The notes beneath the pieces are model-generated. The model searched no databases. It had not been told where the DNA came from and saw only the letters and a program-made list of their open reading frames with translations. Shown piece by piece: positions 30,906 to 32,000 of a stretch of DNA of 32,000 nt. The translations under genes and the position numbers were made by a program. Each line of letters starts with the position of its first letter. Position 1 is the stretch's first letter. Source of the DNA: Candidatus Methanophagaceae archaeon (GTDB lineage: Archaea; Halobacteriota; Syntropharchaeia; Alkanophagales; Methanospirareceae); the NCBI GenBank assembly GCA_003194425.1, contig PQXB01000001.1, positions 520,444 to 552,443 on the forward strand, given 5' to 3'.

Positions 30906-32000
30906 ATGAAATCCACAAAATTATTTGAACTCGCCTCGAAATATATGCCCGGCGGGGTTAGCAGTCCGGTGCGTGCCTACGCGCCGTACCCTTTCTTTAC
31001 AGCGGGTGCGAAAGGCTCGCGGATTCGCGACGCAGACGGCAGGGAATTCGTTGACTACTGCCTGGCGTACGGACCGCTCGTTCTGGGGCACGCTAACGAG
31101 GAGGTGAAGGAGGCGGTGAAAGAGCAGCTCGAGAAGGGCTGGCTCTACGGCACGCCGCACGAGAGGGAAGTGGCGCTTGCGGAGAGGATTGTAAAGTGCT
31201 GCCCCTCGGTTGAGATGCTCAGGTTTGTCAGCACGGGCAGCGAGGCGACGATGGCTGCACTACGGCTCGCGAGAGGGTTCACGGGGCGAGACAAAATCGT
31301 AAAAATCGAGGGCGGATTTCACGGTGCTCACGACGGCGTCTTAGTTAAAACAGGCTCTGGTGCTGCTACTTTAGGAATTCCAGATTCTGCAGGGGTGCCG
31401 CGGGATTTCGTGAAAAGCACGCTGCAGGTCCCGTTTAACGACGCAGAGGCTCTTAACGAGGTGCTTGAGAAGGAGCAGAAGAAGAACAGTGGAGAAGGAG
31501 AGGTTGCGGCGGTTATAATTGAGCCGGTGCTGGGAAATGTCGGACCGATTCCGCCGGAGGCTGGCTACTTGAGCGAGGTTCGGAAAATAACAGAGGAGCA
31601 GGGGGTTCTGCTTATTTTCGACGAAGTAATTACGGGCTTTCGGTTGGCGTTGGGCGGAGCGCAGGAGTTTTACGGCGTGCGAGCGGACTTGACGACTTTG
31701 GGCAAGATTGTCGGCGGGGGATTTCCAATCGGCGTCTTCGGGGGTAAAAAAGAAATTATGAAACTCGTTGCTCCCTCGGGACCTGTGTACCAGGCAGGGA
31801 CTTTCAGCGGCAACCCGGTTTCTGTTGCTGCGGGTTTAAAGACGGTTGAGATTTTGGAGCGGGAGGGGAGGGGTGAGGGAGTGCTGCGGAGAATAAACGA
31901 GGTTGGCGAGCGGCTGAGAAAGGCGTTAGGCGAGATTTTGACGGATTCCGGCGTTGAAGGCTGCGTCTCGGGTGTAGGCTCGATGTTTAAGATCTTTTTC
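30906..32000 (+). CDS. hemL: Glutamate-1-semialdehyde 2,1-aminomutase, 5' part (runs off the right edge)
   Basis: Own translation from ATG 30906: [31 protein letters not shown]...[29 protein letters not shown]...[34 protein letters not shown]...FDEVITGFR...[10 protein letters not shown]. 365 codons are open to position 32000. Confidence 0.9.
   Translation, partial: MKSTKLFELASKYMPGGVSSPVRAYAPYPFFTAGAKGSRIRDADGREFVDYCLAYGPLVLGHANEEVKEAVKEQLEKGWLYGTPHEREVALAERIVKCCPSVEMLRFVSTGSEATMAALRLARGFTGRDKIVKIEGGFHGAHDGVLVKTGSGAATLGIPDSAGVPRDFVKSTLQVPFNDAEALNEVLEKEQKKNSGEGEVAAVIIEPVLGNVGPIPPEAGYLSEVRKITEEQGVLLIFDEVITGFRLALGGAQEFYGVRADLTTLGKIVGGGFPIGVFGGKKEIMKLVAPSGPVYQAGTFSGNPVSVAAGLKTVEILEREGRGEGVLRRINEVGERLRKALGEILTDSGVEGCVSGVGSMFKIFF

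Overview
The window is a chromosomal segment of a GC-rich archaeon of methanogen or methane/alkane-oxidiser type. Lineage evidence: fused sulfopyruvate decarboxylase ComDE (coenzyme M), a methanogenesis-marker-15-like protein, an FrhB-family F420 protein, a FwdA-like remnant, and archaeal-type TrpRS, Kae1 and Trm1. No species can be assigned from the sequence alone. Most genes are housekeeping: cobalamin (cobS, cbiB), CODH/corrinoid maturation (cooC, RACo-like activase), 2-oxoacid:ferredoxin oxidoreductase alpha/beta, moeA, aroE, a leuA/cimA-family synthase, trpS, rlmE, trm1, kae1, hemL and tRNA-His. Six things stand out. (1) Nearly every conserved gene carries an in-frame short-tandem-repeat insertion with a period that is a multiple of 3 (6-27 nt). 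Tandem duplications outside ORFs have periods of 11, 13, 15, 21 and 38 nt. (2) A low-GC islet encodes a TIR/NDT-like protein fused to a pYEATS-like domain, followed by hicAB. (3) The catalytic TPP motif of PorB is interrupted by a 372-codon LAGLIDADG intein. (4) A relE-type TA cassette sits between porB and an frhB-like gene and is flanked by a ~50-bp direct repeat that copies the host gene's start region. (5) There is a PurS-MGMT fusion ORF. (6) There are decayed FwdA-like and HEPN remnants. Long antisense ORFs in the track are treated as GC-driven shadows. All family calls come from motif recognition by eye, with no searches run.
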